From Xylanibacter ruminicola 23 (GTDB lineage: Bacteria > Bacteroidota > Bacteroidia > Bacteroidales > Bacteroidaceae), in assembly GCF_000025925.1 (NCBI RefSeq), contig NC_014033.1, positions 1,830,001-1,862,000 of the forward strand: 32,000 nucleotides of DNA, in the 5' to 3' direction. Of this stretch, positions 14,692 through 21,514 are shown piece after piece. A program made the position numbers and the translations under genes. The first letter of the stretch is position 1; each line of letters begins with the position of its first letter. The notes under the pieces were generated by a model that saw only the letters and a list, made by a program, of their open reading frames with translations, had not been told where the DNA came from and did no database searches.

Positions 14692-15191
14692 ACACATCAG
14701 ATACACCAACAGAAATACATCAGGTTCCCTCCGAGGAAAATGTCGCTCGTATTCTTTCCAAGGAGTGGTTCGTTAAGGATAAACTTTTATCAGTTGCTTT
14801 TGCTTTGGATGCAGGTGAGACTTATCTCTCTGTAAATCGTCCTGCTATTGATACATATGATAGTGATGTTTCTGCATTTGTGAAGAAACATAGTAGTTAT
14901 GCTTTCGATAGCGATAGTTACAAACGTGCATTGTTAAATGTTGGTGACGTTCGTAGTATAAAAGTAGAGGTTGGGGCAACTCAAATGATGACAGATGTTG
15001 AGGTGGAACCTCGAGATGCTCATACAAAGTCGCATGCGGGTATTTTCACCAGGTTCCAAAACGTGAACATCAAGAAAGGTCAGATATTGAAAGCTGGTCC
15101 AACAGCCGAGGAAATCTCTGCAGATACGGTACTTTTAGAAGTCCGCAAAGAATTACTAGCCCTTTCAACTGTTGAGGATTGCAAGTTTTAA
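14688..15191 (+). CDS. Hypothetical protein (167 aa), second gene of the operon; candidate toxin or effector
   Basis: ORF track. It has a 4-nt ATGA overlap with the upstream gene. I recognised no family. Conserved-looking blocks are ETYLSVNRP and EPRDAHTKSHAGIFTRF. Confidence 0.6.
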   Translation: MNTSDTPTEIHQVPSEENVARILSKEWFVKDKLLSVAFALDAGETYLSVNRPAIDTYDSDVSAFVKKHSSYAFDSDSYKRALLNVGDVRSIKVEVGATQMMTDVEVEPRDAHTKSHAGIFTRFQNVNIKKGQILKAGPTAEEISADTVLLEVRKELLALSTVEDCKF

Positions 15192-15241
15192 GTAGGCAAA
15201 TAAGCAAGTACAATATCCCCTATACAACAATCGACTTGCAA

Positions 15242-15383
15242 AAATAAACATTTAATGTTTAAATTTACTTTTCGATTGCAGAAACACTAATACCATGCTA
15301 AAACACTCAGGGAGCGCCCCGCGGCAAGGGGCAGACAGCCCCGACGAGCGAGGGCGGGTGGAGCGAGCTTTATGCGAGCGGGG
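15242..15383. repeat. Left copy (A) of the direct repeat flanking the AbiE cassette
   Basis: 15242-15265 AAATAAACATTTAATGTTTAAATT is identical to 17348-17371. 15346-15383 GAGCGAGGGCGGGTGGAGCGAGCTTTATGCGAGCGGGG is identical to 17506-17543. The flanking GC-rich hairpin regions are similar. Confidence 0.85.
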
Positions 15384-15405
15384 GGCTAAATGGCTATAGT
15401 ACTAG

Positions 15406-15747
15406 TTAACCCAATAATTTTATTCCGTCTTCAGTTACGTTTTCGCGGAAAGGACTAATTATACTGCTTTCCCAATCGCGTTTGGTATATAAGATCGTAT
15501 TAATGCACTGATTATAGTCCCAACCCAATTCGCATAATGGATAAGAATAATCATCAATATCCTGAGAGGTTATGTGATCTTTATCAAGCAGGATAAGCAC
15601 ATCCCAATCAGAATCTTCACGAGCATCACCACGTGCTCTTGAGCCAAAGAGAATAACTGTAGCACCCTTTGGCACAATCTGACTAACCTTGTCTCTTATA
15701 GCATTCAAGATTTGATTATTAATCACGCTTACCCTCCATCTTATCAA
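15406..15747 (-). CDS. Minimal nucleotidyltransferase (MNT / Pol-beta superfamily) domain protein
   Basis: 113 aa. ILFGSRARGDAREDSDWDVLILLD matches the GS-x9-12-D-x-D NTase motif. An alternative GTG start at 15726 overlaps the AbiEii stop (GTGATTAA). There is no HEPN partner gene downstream. Confidence 0.8.
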   Translation of the reverse strand: MIRWRVSVINNQILNAIRDKVSQIVPKGATVILFGSRARGDAREDSDWDVLILLDKDHITSQDIDDYSYPLCELGWDYNQCINTILYTKRDWESSIISPFRENVTEDGIKLLG

Positions 15748-16522
15748 TAAAAATCTTATAAACTATCGGATAGGCTTCTGAGGGTGAGAATTTTATCTCA
15801 GGGCGGAGAAGTAGCGTTGTGTCCTCCAAGAACTCCGGGTCTTGCATTTTCTCCTCCATATTATTCACAAACTGCTTGTACGACGGTGCCTTATCTACCA
15901 CAAATTCCATATACTTCTTATAGCATAGCATAACCTTATCCACGTCCACATCATGCTTGGTCAATGCACAATAAAGGTCAAACAGGTCGCGTCCCTTCTT
16001 TCGTTGATAAAGCGCACGCAGTTTGGTTCCAAGTAATTCCTCGAAGTGATAGGTTGTCAATTCTGTCTTACCTGTAAACCACGAGTTTTTCATACTAAAA
16101 GGAACTTTAGTCAACCCCAGCACGTTAAAATGCTCAAAGCAGTTGATTTCAACCTTCAGTCGAATCTGTATCACAGGAGCTATCTCCGATTCAACCCTAA
16201 ACAACATTGTATTGTTGTATCGTTTCTGCTTGGTCACTCTATCGGGTAGCCAACTGAGCACTTCTCCTAACCTATACATAATAGGTTTGATAGGACCAGG
16301 ATTAATCTGCACAAGGTCGATATCCTCACTATAGCGAGGCTGCGGTGATAAGTAAAGCTTATGCAGGGCTGTGCCACCACGAAATGCTAATTGTGAAGCG
16401 AGAAATTCATCGCTAAAGATACTTATCAACGCACGGCAGATAATGAGATCTTGCTCCACCATATAAGGCTCTGTCCAAGGAGCCATTTCCTTCCATTCTT
16501 GGATAAAGTATTCTGGTATCAT
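15719..16522 (-). CDS. abiEii: AbiEii/AbiGii-family nucleotidyltransferase toxin (DUF1814)
   Basis: 267 aa. FRGGTALHKLYL...YSEDIDL is the NTase core of AbiEii. It has a 4-nt overlap with the upstream AbiEi gene. Confidence 0.8.
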   Translation of the reverse strand: MIPEYFIQEWKEMAPWTEPYMVEQDLIICRALISIFSDEFLASQLAFRGGTALHKLYLSPQPRYSEDIDLVQINPGPIKPIMYRLGEVLSWLPDRVTKQKRYNNTMLFRVESEIAPVIQIRLKVEINCFEHFNVLGLTKVPFSMKNSWFTGKTELTTYHFEELLGTKLRALYQRKKGRDLFDLYCALTKHDVDVDKVMLCYKKYMEFVVDKAPSYKQFVNNMEEKMQDPEFLEDTTLLLRPEIKFSPSEAYPIVYKIFIDKMEGKRD

Positions 16523-17331
16523 ATTTCATCAGTTTCTATTTCTTGATTAACGATCACCTTCCATCGACTATCAATTACCATATCGTCTGTTTGAGTCTTC
16601 GACTGCTTCAGACGGATTTTCCGAAACAGTTTACTCTGCTTTTGTGCAAGCATCAGCAGACGATCGGCAAGTTCATGCTCTTCAATCAAATCAAGCAAAT
16701 ATCCCAGACGCTGAATAACGGGTGCATTAAAGAAAGTGAGAAGATCTGTGAAGGATTCGTCGAAATGCATGTTTTCTGATAGTTCTATCAGCACCTCTGT
16801 AACGCGATTAATACCACCAACCTTGTTCTCATTAAGCACCAAATCAAGGGCCGTTAACTCAGGCGACGAAACATTTATGAACCCCATTTGAGTCTTCACC
16901 TGCTTCACATACATCATAGGGAGAGGGTTGCGAAGTGTAAAATCAAGTCTTACTCCATTCTTTATTCCAGAGTGTATAGGTGCTCCGTTCACTGTAACCT
17001 GGAACGCCATTGCCCGCTGATGCCCCGCGCCGTTCAGCGCAGCAGCCGACAGCAGAGATACGTAATAATCCCTACCTAAAGACTTCATCAGATGGTCGAT
17101 ATAAAGCGATGGTGGCACATTTCCCTTCAACCGATACTCCGTAGGCACCACCACATAGAAATTCTGCCAAGGAGAAACAATCACACCCTTCTTACCTAAC
17201 CTCGACAAAGCCGTATTCAGACTATCATCCGCCTGCGATAGCCCTTGTGCTAACACATCTTCCTTCGTAAAGATGTACCTGCCTCGAATCATTTGCTGGT
17301 CAACCCAGCTCTGTAAACTACCCGTTCGCAT
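16519..17331 (-). CDS. abiEi: AbiEi-family antitoxin/transcriptional regulator (type IV TA)
   Basis: 270 aa. It has a winged-helix-like N-terminus (FTKEDVLAQGLSQADDSLNTALSRLGKKGVIVSPWQNFYVVVP) and a SLLSAAALNGAGHQ block, as in COG5340-type AbiEi. It lies directly upstream of AbiEii. Confidence 0.75.
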   Translation of the reverse strand: MRTGSLQSWVDQQMIRGRYIFTKEDVLAQGLSQADDSLNTALSRLGKKGVIVSPWQNFYVVVPTEYRLKGNVPPSLYIDHLMKSLGRDYYVSLLSAAALNGAGHQRAMAFQVTVNGAPIHSGIKNGVRLDFTLRNPLPMMYVKQVKTQMGFINVSSPELTALDLVLNENKVGGINRVTEVLIELSENMHFDESFTDLLTFFNAPVIQRLGYLLDLIEEHELADRLLMLAQKQSKLFRKIRLKQSKTQTDDMVIDSRWKVIVNQEIETDEI

Positions 17332-17351
17332 AACAATCTACTAACAGAAAT

Positions 17352-17366
17352 AAACATTTAATGTTT
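17352..17366. promoter_or_regulatory. Palindrome AAACATT-T-AATGTTT between the abiE promoter and the abiEi start; candidate AbiEi operator
   Basis: Perfect 7-bp inverted repeat with a 1-nt spacer, lying between the -7 box (17385-17392) and ATG 17331. AbiEi proteins are known to autoregulate through inverted repeats in their promoters. Confidence 0.4.
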
Positions 17367-17384
17367 AAATTCGCTTTTCGGCTG

Positions 17385-17392
17385 CAAATATA
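17385..17392 (-). promoter_or_regulatory. Promoter -7 box TATATTTG (minus strand) for the abiEi operon
   Basis: Plus-strand CAAATATA is the reverse complement of TAnnTTTG, 54 nt upstream of the abiEi ATG. Confidence 0.5.
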
Positions 17393-17543
17393 AACAATAT
17401 AATTAAAACTACCAAGTCTTTAAGGGAAAAAGTTACTATTAGATGTAAAAATACCCAAAAGGACCGTGGGGTATGCCGCGCGGCTGGGGGCACGCTGCCC
17501 CCAAAGAGCGAGGGCGGGTGGAGCGAGCTTTATGCGAGCGGGG

Positions 17544-18335
17544 TTATAATGCCGATGCGACTTTGTTGGTGAGTTCGATGAACTGGGGGATGGAGAGCTG
17601 CTCGGGGCGGCGGGTCATTATCTCATCGTCGAAGAAACCTGCGGGGGCGGGATGATTGGCATCGAAAATCTGACGGAGAGAAACACGGAGCATCTTACGG
17701 CGCTGGTTGAAGGTGGCTTTTACTACACGACGGAACAACTGTTCGTCGCAACCCAGATCGGTCACCTCGTTACGCGTCATGCGGATAACGGCACTCTGTA
17801 CCTTGGGAGGCGGATTGAACACGCCTGGCTCGACGGTGAAGAGATACTCCACATTATACCAAGCCTGAATAAGTACCGACAGAATACCATACTGCTTATT
17901 GCCTGGCTGTGAGGCCATGCGAACTGCCACCTCGTGCTGAATCATACCTGTGCAACAGGGAATCAAATCCTTATTGTCGAGCATTTTGAAGAAAATCTGC
18001 GACGAGATATCGTAAGGATAATTGCCTGTAAGCACAAACTGCTGACCATCAAACACCTCACGAAGATCCATTCGCAAAAAATCGCCACCAATGATGTTAT
18101 CATTGAGACGTGGGAAATTCTCCTGTAGATAAGCCACACTCTCGCGATCGATCTCGACCACCTTGAAGGGACGGGGCTTCTCTACGAGATATTGAGTCAT
18201 CACACCCATGCCAGGACCAACCTCCAGTACAGGAATGTTGGGACAGGCATCTACGGTATCGGCAATACGCTTGGCGATATTCAGGTCGGTCAGAAAGTGC
18301 TGACCGAGATTTTTCTTGGGTCGAACTTGTTTCAT
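17544..18335 (-). CDS. rsmA: 16S rRNA (adenine1518/1519-N6)-dimethyltransferase
   Basis: I take the start at MKQVRPKKNLGQHFL (ATG 18335-18333). LEVGPGMGVMT is the SAM motif, and the NYPY motif is present. The -7 box CAAAGGTA (18341-18348) lies inside the longer ORF-track extension, which argues against that extension. Confidence 0.9.
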   Translation of the reverse strand: MKQVRPKKNLGQHFLTDLNIAKRIADTVDACPNIPVLEVGPGMGVMTQYLVEKPRPFKVVEIDRESVAYLQENFPRLNDNIIGGDFLRMDLREVFDGQQFVLTGNYPYDISSQIFFKMLDNKDLIPCCTGMIQHEVAVRMASQPGNKQYGILSVLIQAWYNVEYLFTVEPGVFNPPPKVQSAVIRMTRNEVTDLGCDEQLFRRVVKATFNQRRKMLRVSLRQIFDANHPAPAGFFDDEIMTRRPEQLSIPQFIELTNKVASAL

Positions 18336-18355
18336 GGGGGCAAAGGTACGAATAA
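18333..18355. repeat. Left arm of a 23-bp perfect inverted repeat (right arm at 18758-18780)
   Basis: CATGGGGGCAAAGGTACGAATAA is the exact reverse complement of TTATTCGTACCTTTGCCCCCATG. Each arm contains a -7 box, a 5-nt spacer and the ATG of a divergent gene (rsmA and the 18778 membrane protein). Confidence 0.85.
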
Positions 18356-18380
18356 GTGAGCGAAAATCCAAATATAGAGC

Positions 18381-18410
18381 AAAAAAAATCGCAGATTCGA
18401 AAATCTGCGA
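18381..18410 (-). terminator. Rho-independent terminator after the small ORF
   Basis: 9-bp stem TCGCAGATT / AATCTGCGA with a 4-nt loop, followed on the minus strand by a run of 8 T. Confidence 0.6.
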
Positions 18411-18435
18411 CTCCATTTTTCAATTTTTCGTTCAA

Positions 18436-18540
18436 TTACTTATTGTTGTCTACATTAACAGCAACGGTTACTACCAGTGATACAGCTAATGCGAAGGCAG
18501 CCATGGTCATTAATAAAAAACTTGTCTCTAAAGTTACCAT
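18436..18540 (-). CDS. Small hydrophobic peptide (34 aa), [34 protein letters not shown]
   Basis: Own translation. A purine-rich AGAGAAAGGAA lies 4 nt upstream of the ATG. It has its own -7 box (18593-18600) and its own terminator (18381-18410). It has a single predicted TM helix. It is below the ORF-track length cut-off. Confidence 0.5.
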   Translation of the reverse strand: MVTLETSFLLMTMAAFALAVSLVVTVAVNVDNNK

Positions 18541-18592
18541 AATTAATTCCTTTCTCTAATCTTTTATTTATTTGTTATCCTTAAAACCACTG

Positions 18593-18600
18593 CAAAGGTA
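18593..18600 (-). promoter_or_regulatory. Promoter -7 box TACCTTTG (minus strand) for the small ORF
   Basis: Plus-strand CAAAGGTA, 52 nt upstream of ATG 18540. Confidence 0.45.
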
Positions 18601-18777
18601 CGACTGTTATCGCGCACAGCCAAGAAAATAGTAGAAAAAAGGCAAAAAAGTGAGCTTTCTTTGACACGTATCAATTATTATTATTACTTTGGCTTCGCCG
18701 AAGGTACTTTCACTCGGAAATAAAAATAAATAGGGATTTATTTTGTATTTCACTCGTTTATTCGTACCTTTGCCCCC

Positions 18778-19779
18778 ATGGAATTAAAAAACATCATCAG
18801 TAGCGTTGCTAAAGTGGTGCTGCCTTTTATACTTGGCGGTGCCATTTTGTGGTGGATGTATCGTGGTGAGGACTTCTCGACTATCAGTCGTGTGCTGACC
18901 GAAGAAATGAACTGGACTTGGATGCTGCTATCATTCCCCTTTGGAATCTTAGCACAGATGTTTCGCAGTTGGCGATGGAAACAGACATTGGAACCGATGG
19001 GCGAGCACCCTCGTTCGTCGGTGTGTCATCATGCGGTGTTTATATCGTATGCGGCCAGTTTGATTATTCCACGTATCGGCGAGTTTTCGCGATGCGCCAT
19101 ACTTAAGCGCTACGACGGCATATCATTCTCGAAAGCCTTAGGCACAGTAGTTACAGAGCGTGCAGTAGATACGCTGATAGTAATGATATACTCGGGTATC
19201 ATCCTGCTGGTAGAGATGAGTGTGTTTGGCACCTTCTTCCGCAAAACAGGTACATCGCTCGACAGGATATTAGGAGGTTTCTCGGTAACGGGATGGGTGG
19301 TAACAGCCATCTGTGCTGTGGCTGTACTGATACTGCTGCATCTGCTGCTGAAAAACTTCTCTATATATAATAAGGTAAAGATGACGTTAGGCGGCATCTG
19401 GGAGGGTGTGCTCTCGCTGAAGGGGGTACGCAACCTGCCACTCTATCTGTTTTTCTCGATAGGCATCTGGGTGATGTACTTTCTGCATTACTACCTCACC
19501 TTCTTCTGCTTCGACTTTACCGAGAACTTAGGTATCGGCTGTGCATTGGTATCGTTTGTGGTAGCCAACTTTGCCGTTATCGTGCCTACGCCAAATGGTG
19601 CTGGTCCGTGGCATTTTGCCATCAAAACCATGCTGATTCTCTATGGTGTGGCTGACGAGCAGGCCCTGTGGTTTGTACTGATAGTTCATACCGTACAGAC
19701 GATGTTGGTGATTGCATTAGGAATCTATGCCTGGGCTGCCTTGATGTTTACGAAACGTTTTAACCCAATTAAAAAATAA
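18778..19779 (+). CDS. Flippase-like integral membrane protein (lysylphosphatidylglycerol-synthase TM-region / UPF0104-like)
   Basis: 333 aa with about 8 TM segments. The FRSWRWK and PRIGEFSRC blocks are typical of this family. The -7 box TACCTTTG at 18765-18772 lies only 5 nt before the ATG. Confidence 0.65.
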   Translation: MELKNIISSVAKVVLPFILGGAILWWMYRGEDFSTISRVLTEEMNWTWMLLSFPFGILAQMFRSWRWKQTLEPMGEHPRSSVCHHAVFISYAASLIIPRIGEFSRCAILKRYDGISFSKALGTVVTERAVDTLIVMIYSGIILLVEMSVFGTFFRKTGTSLDRILGGFSVTGWVVTAICAVAVLILLHLLLKNFSIYNKVKMTLGGIWEGVLSLKGVRNLPLYLFFSIGIWVMYFLHYYLTFFCFDFTENLGIGCALVSFVVANFAVIVPTPNGAGPWHFAIKTMLILYGVADEQALWFVLIVHTVQTMLVIALGIYAWAALMFTKRFNPIKK

Positions 19780-19782
19780 ACT

Positions 19783-21240
19783 ATGAGTGAGATTAAAAAT
19801 CTGAACCCAGTGTGCATCTGGAAGAATTTCTATGCACTGACACAGGTTCCACGTCCTTCAGGACATTTGGAGAAAGTACAACAGTTTCTGCTTGACTTTG
19901 CCAAGCAGGTAGGTGTAGAGGCCTTTAAGGACCCTGCAGATAACATTGTGATGCGCAAACCCGCTTCGCCTGGTATGGAGAAGAAGAAGGGCGTGATTCT
20001 GCAGGCACACATGGATATGGTACCACAGAAGACACCTGAGAGCACTCATAACTTTGAGACCGACCCTATTGAGCCATGGATTGATGGCGAGTGGGTAAAG
20101 GCCAAGAGTACTACCTTAGGTGCCGACAACGGCTTAGGCGTAGCTGCCATCATGGCTGTGATGGAGGATAAGACCTTGAAGCACGGACCTATCGAGGCAC
20201 TGATTACTGCCGATGAGGAGACTGGTATGTTTGGTGCCAACGCCCTGCCTGCAGGCGAGCTGAATGGCGACATCCTGCTGAACCTGGACTCTGAGTGCTG
20301 GGGTAAGTTTGTGATTGGTAGCGCTGGTGGTATTGATGTAACTGCTACTCTGGATTATAAAGAGGTAGAGACCGAAGCCGACGACGCTGCTGTGAAGGTA
20401 ACCGTAAAGGGACTGCGTGGCGGACACTCTGGACTGGAGATTCACGAGGGTCGCGGTAATGCCAACAAGCTGCTGGTTCGTGTGGTTCGCGAGGCTATCG
20501 AGGAGTGCGAGGCCCGTTTGGCCTGCTGGCAGGGTGGCAACATGCGTAACGCTATCCCATTCAAGGCCGAGGCTGTGCTCACATTGCCAAAGGAGAATGT
20601 AGCTGCCCTGAAGGAACTGGCTGCCGACTGGCAGGACGACTTCCAGGACGAGTACAAAGGCATTGAGAGTGGCATCGAGGTACTATGCGAGGATGTAGAG
20701 ACACCAAAGATGGAGGTGCCTGTAGAGATTCAGGACAACCTGATTAATGCCATCTACGGCTGTCATGATGGTGTGATCCGTATGATTCCCAGCTATCCTA
20801 ACGTTGTAGAGACATCAAGCAACCTGGCCATCATCAACATTGGCGAGGGTAAGGCTTCGCTGAAGATTCTGGCTCGTTCAAGTCGTGAGGATATGAAGGA
20901 CTATATTGTAAAGACTTTGGAGAGCTGCTTTAACATGGCAGGCATGAAGGTTGAGACTGCTGGCAGCTACGGCGGCTGGGATCCCAACCCCGATAGCGAG
21001 ATTCTGAACCTGCTCTGCAAGGAATACAAGGCTCTGTTTGGCCAGGATGGTATTATCCAGGTTGACCATGCCGGTTTGGAGTGCTCTATCATCTTAGGCA
21101 AGTATCCACACCTGGATGTAGTAAGCTTCGGTCCCACCATGAAGTCGCCTCACACCACTACCGAGCGTGCCCTGATAGCTACTGTAGATCCATTCTGGAC
21201 ACTGCTGAAGCACACACTCGAGGTTATTCCTGAGAAGTAG
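19783..21240 (+). CDS. pepD: Aminoacyl-histidine dipeptidase (Xaa-His dipeptidase, M20 family)
   Basis: 485 aa. It has QVPRPSGHLEKV, LQAHMDMVPQK, TTLGADNGLGVA, ADEETGMFGA and GLRGGHSGLEIH blocks, as in PepD. Confidence 0.9.
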   Translation: MSEIKNLNPVCIWKNFYALTQVPRPSGHLEKVQQFLLDFAKQVGVEAFKDPADNIVMRKPASPGMEKKKGVILQAHMDMVPQKTPESTHNFETDPIEPWIDGEWVKAKSTTLGADNGLGVAAIMAVMEDKTLKHGPIEALITADEETGMFGANALPAGELNGDILLNLDSECWGKFVIGSAGGIDVTATLDYKEVETEADDAAVKVTVKGLRGGHSGLEIHEGRGNANKLLVRVVREAIEECEARLACWQGGNMRNAIPFKAEAVLTLPKENVAALKELAADWQDDFQDEYKGIESGIEVLCEDVETPKMEVPVEIQDNLINAIYGCHDGVIRMIPSYPNVVETSSNLAIINIGEGKASLKILARSSREDMKDYIVKTLESCFNMAGMKVETAGSYGGWDPNPDSEILNLLCKEYKALFGQDGIIQVDHAGLECSIILGKYPHLDVVSFGPTMKSPHTTTERALIATVDPFWTLLKHTLEVIPEK

Positions 21241-21246
21241 TTTTTT

Positions 21247-21324
21247 GGCACGGATTACACGAATTAACACGGATTATTATTATACACAATCGAAAACTTT
21301 CGTGTAATTCGCGTAATTCGTGCC
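21247..21324. repeat. Long imperfect inverted repeat built from CACGRATTA units (REP-like); probable pepD terminator
   Basis: The arm GGCACGGATTACACGAATTAACACG pairs with CGTGTAATTCGCGTAATTCGTGCC (one wobble, one mismatch, one bulge). The loop is about 28 nt, and a T-rich tract follows. Confidence 0.6.
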
Positions 21325-21354
21325 TTAAAAATTTGTTTTTTCAATTTTTCTTTT

Positions 21355-21362
21355 TACCTTTG
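21355..21362 (+). promoter_or_regulatory. Promoter -7 box TACCTTTG for corA
   Basis: Exact consensus match 152 nt upstream of the corA ATG, implying a long leader. Confidence 0.45.
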
Positions 21363-21514
21363 CACACGATAAATCAATTTAATAACAAACATTATGGACG
21401 ATTACCCGGCGAATAGTTACAACTGTTAGGCTGGAGGGTGGCAGGCAAGACCGCTAATCCTCTTGCCGCTAAAGTATTGATTGTTAATTACCACTTGTCA
21501 AACGGATTAGCAAA

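Larger units (their letters stand above)
17348..17543. repeat. Right copy (B) of the direct repeat flanking the AbiE cassette
   Basis: See copy A. Copy B has about 55 extra nt in the middle. Its 38-nt identical block ends at 17543, immediately next to the rsmA stop codon (17544-17546). Confidence 0.85.

Noticed and set aside
15192-15405. Degraded HEPN partner gene downstream of the MNT gene
   Set aside because: The minus-strand frames there are filled by the repeat element and contain no ORF or Rx4-6H-bearing fragment that I could find.
17473-17655. 60-aa plus-strand ORF MPRGWGHAAPKERG...
   Set aside because: It is composed of the GC-rich repeat element and the antisense of the rsmA 3' end. 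The open frame is an artefact of GC-rich sequence.
18336-18435. N-terminal extension of rsmA (290-aa ORF) and the overlapping 111-aa ORF
   Set aside because: The extension includes the gene's own -7 box and the terminator hairpin of the upstream small ORF. The conserved RsmA sequence begins at MKQVRPKKNLGQHFL.
21363-21514. M-box (ykoK) Mg2+ riboswitch upstream of corA
   Set aside because: I could not recognise the conserved M-box core by eye. The leader is kept only as a generic long-leader observation pending an Infernal/Rfam scan.
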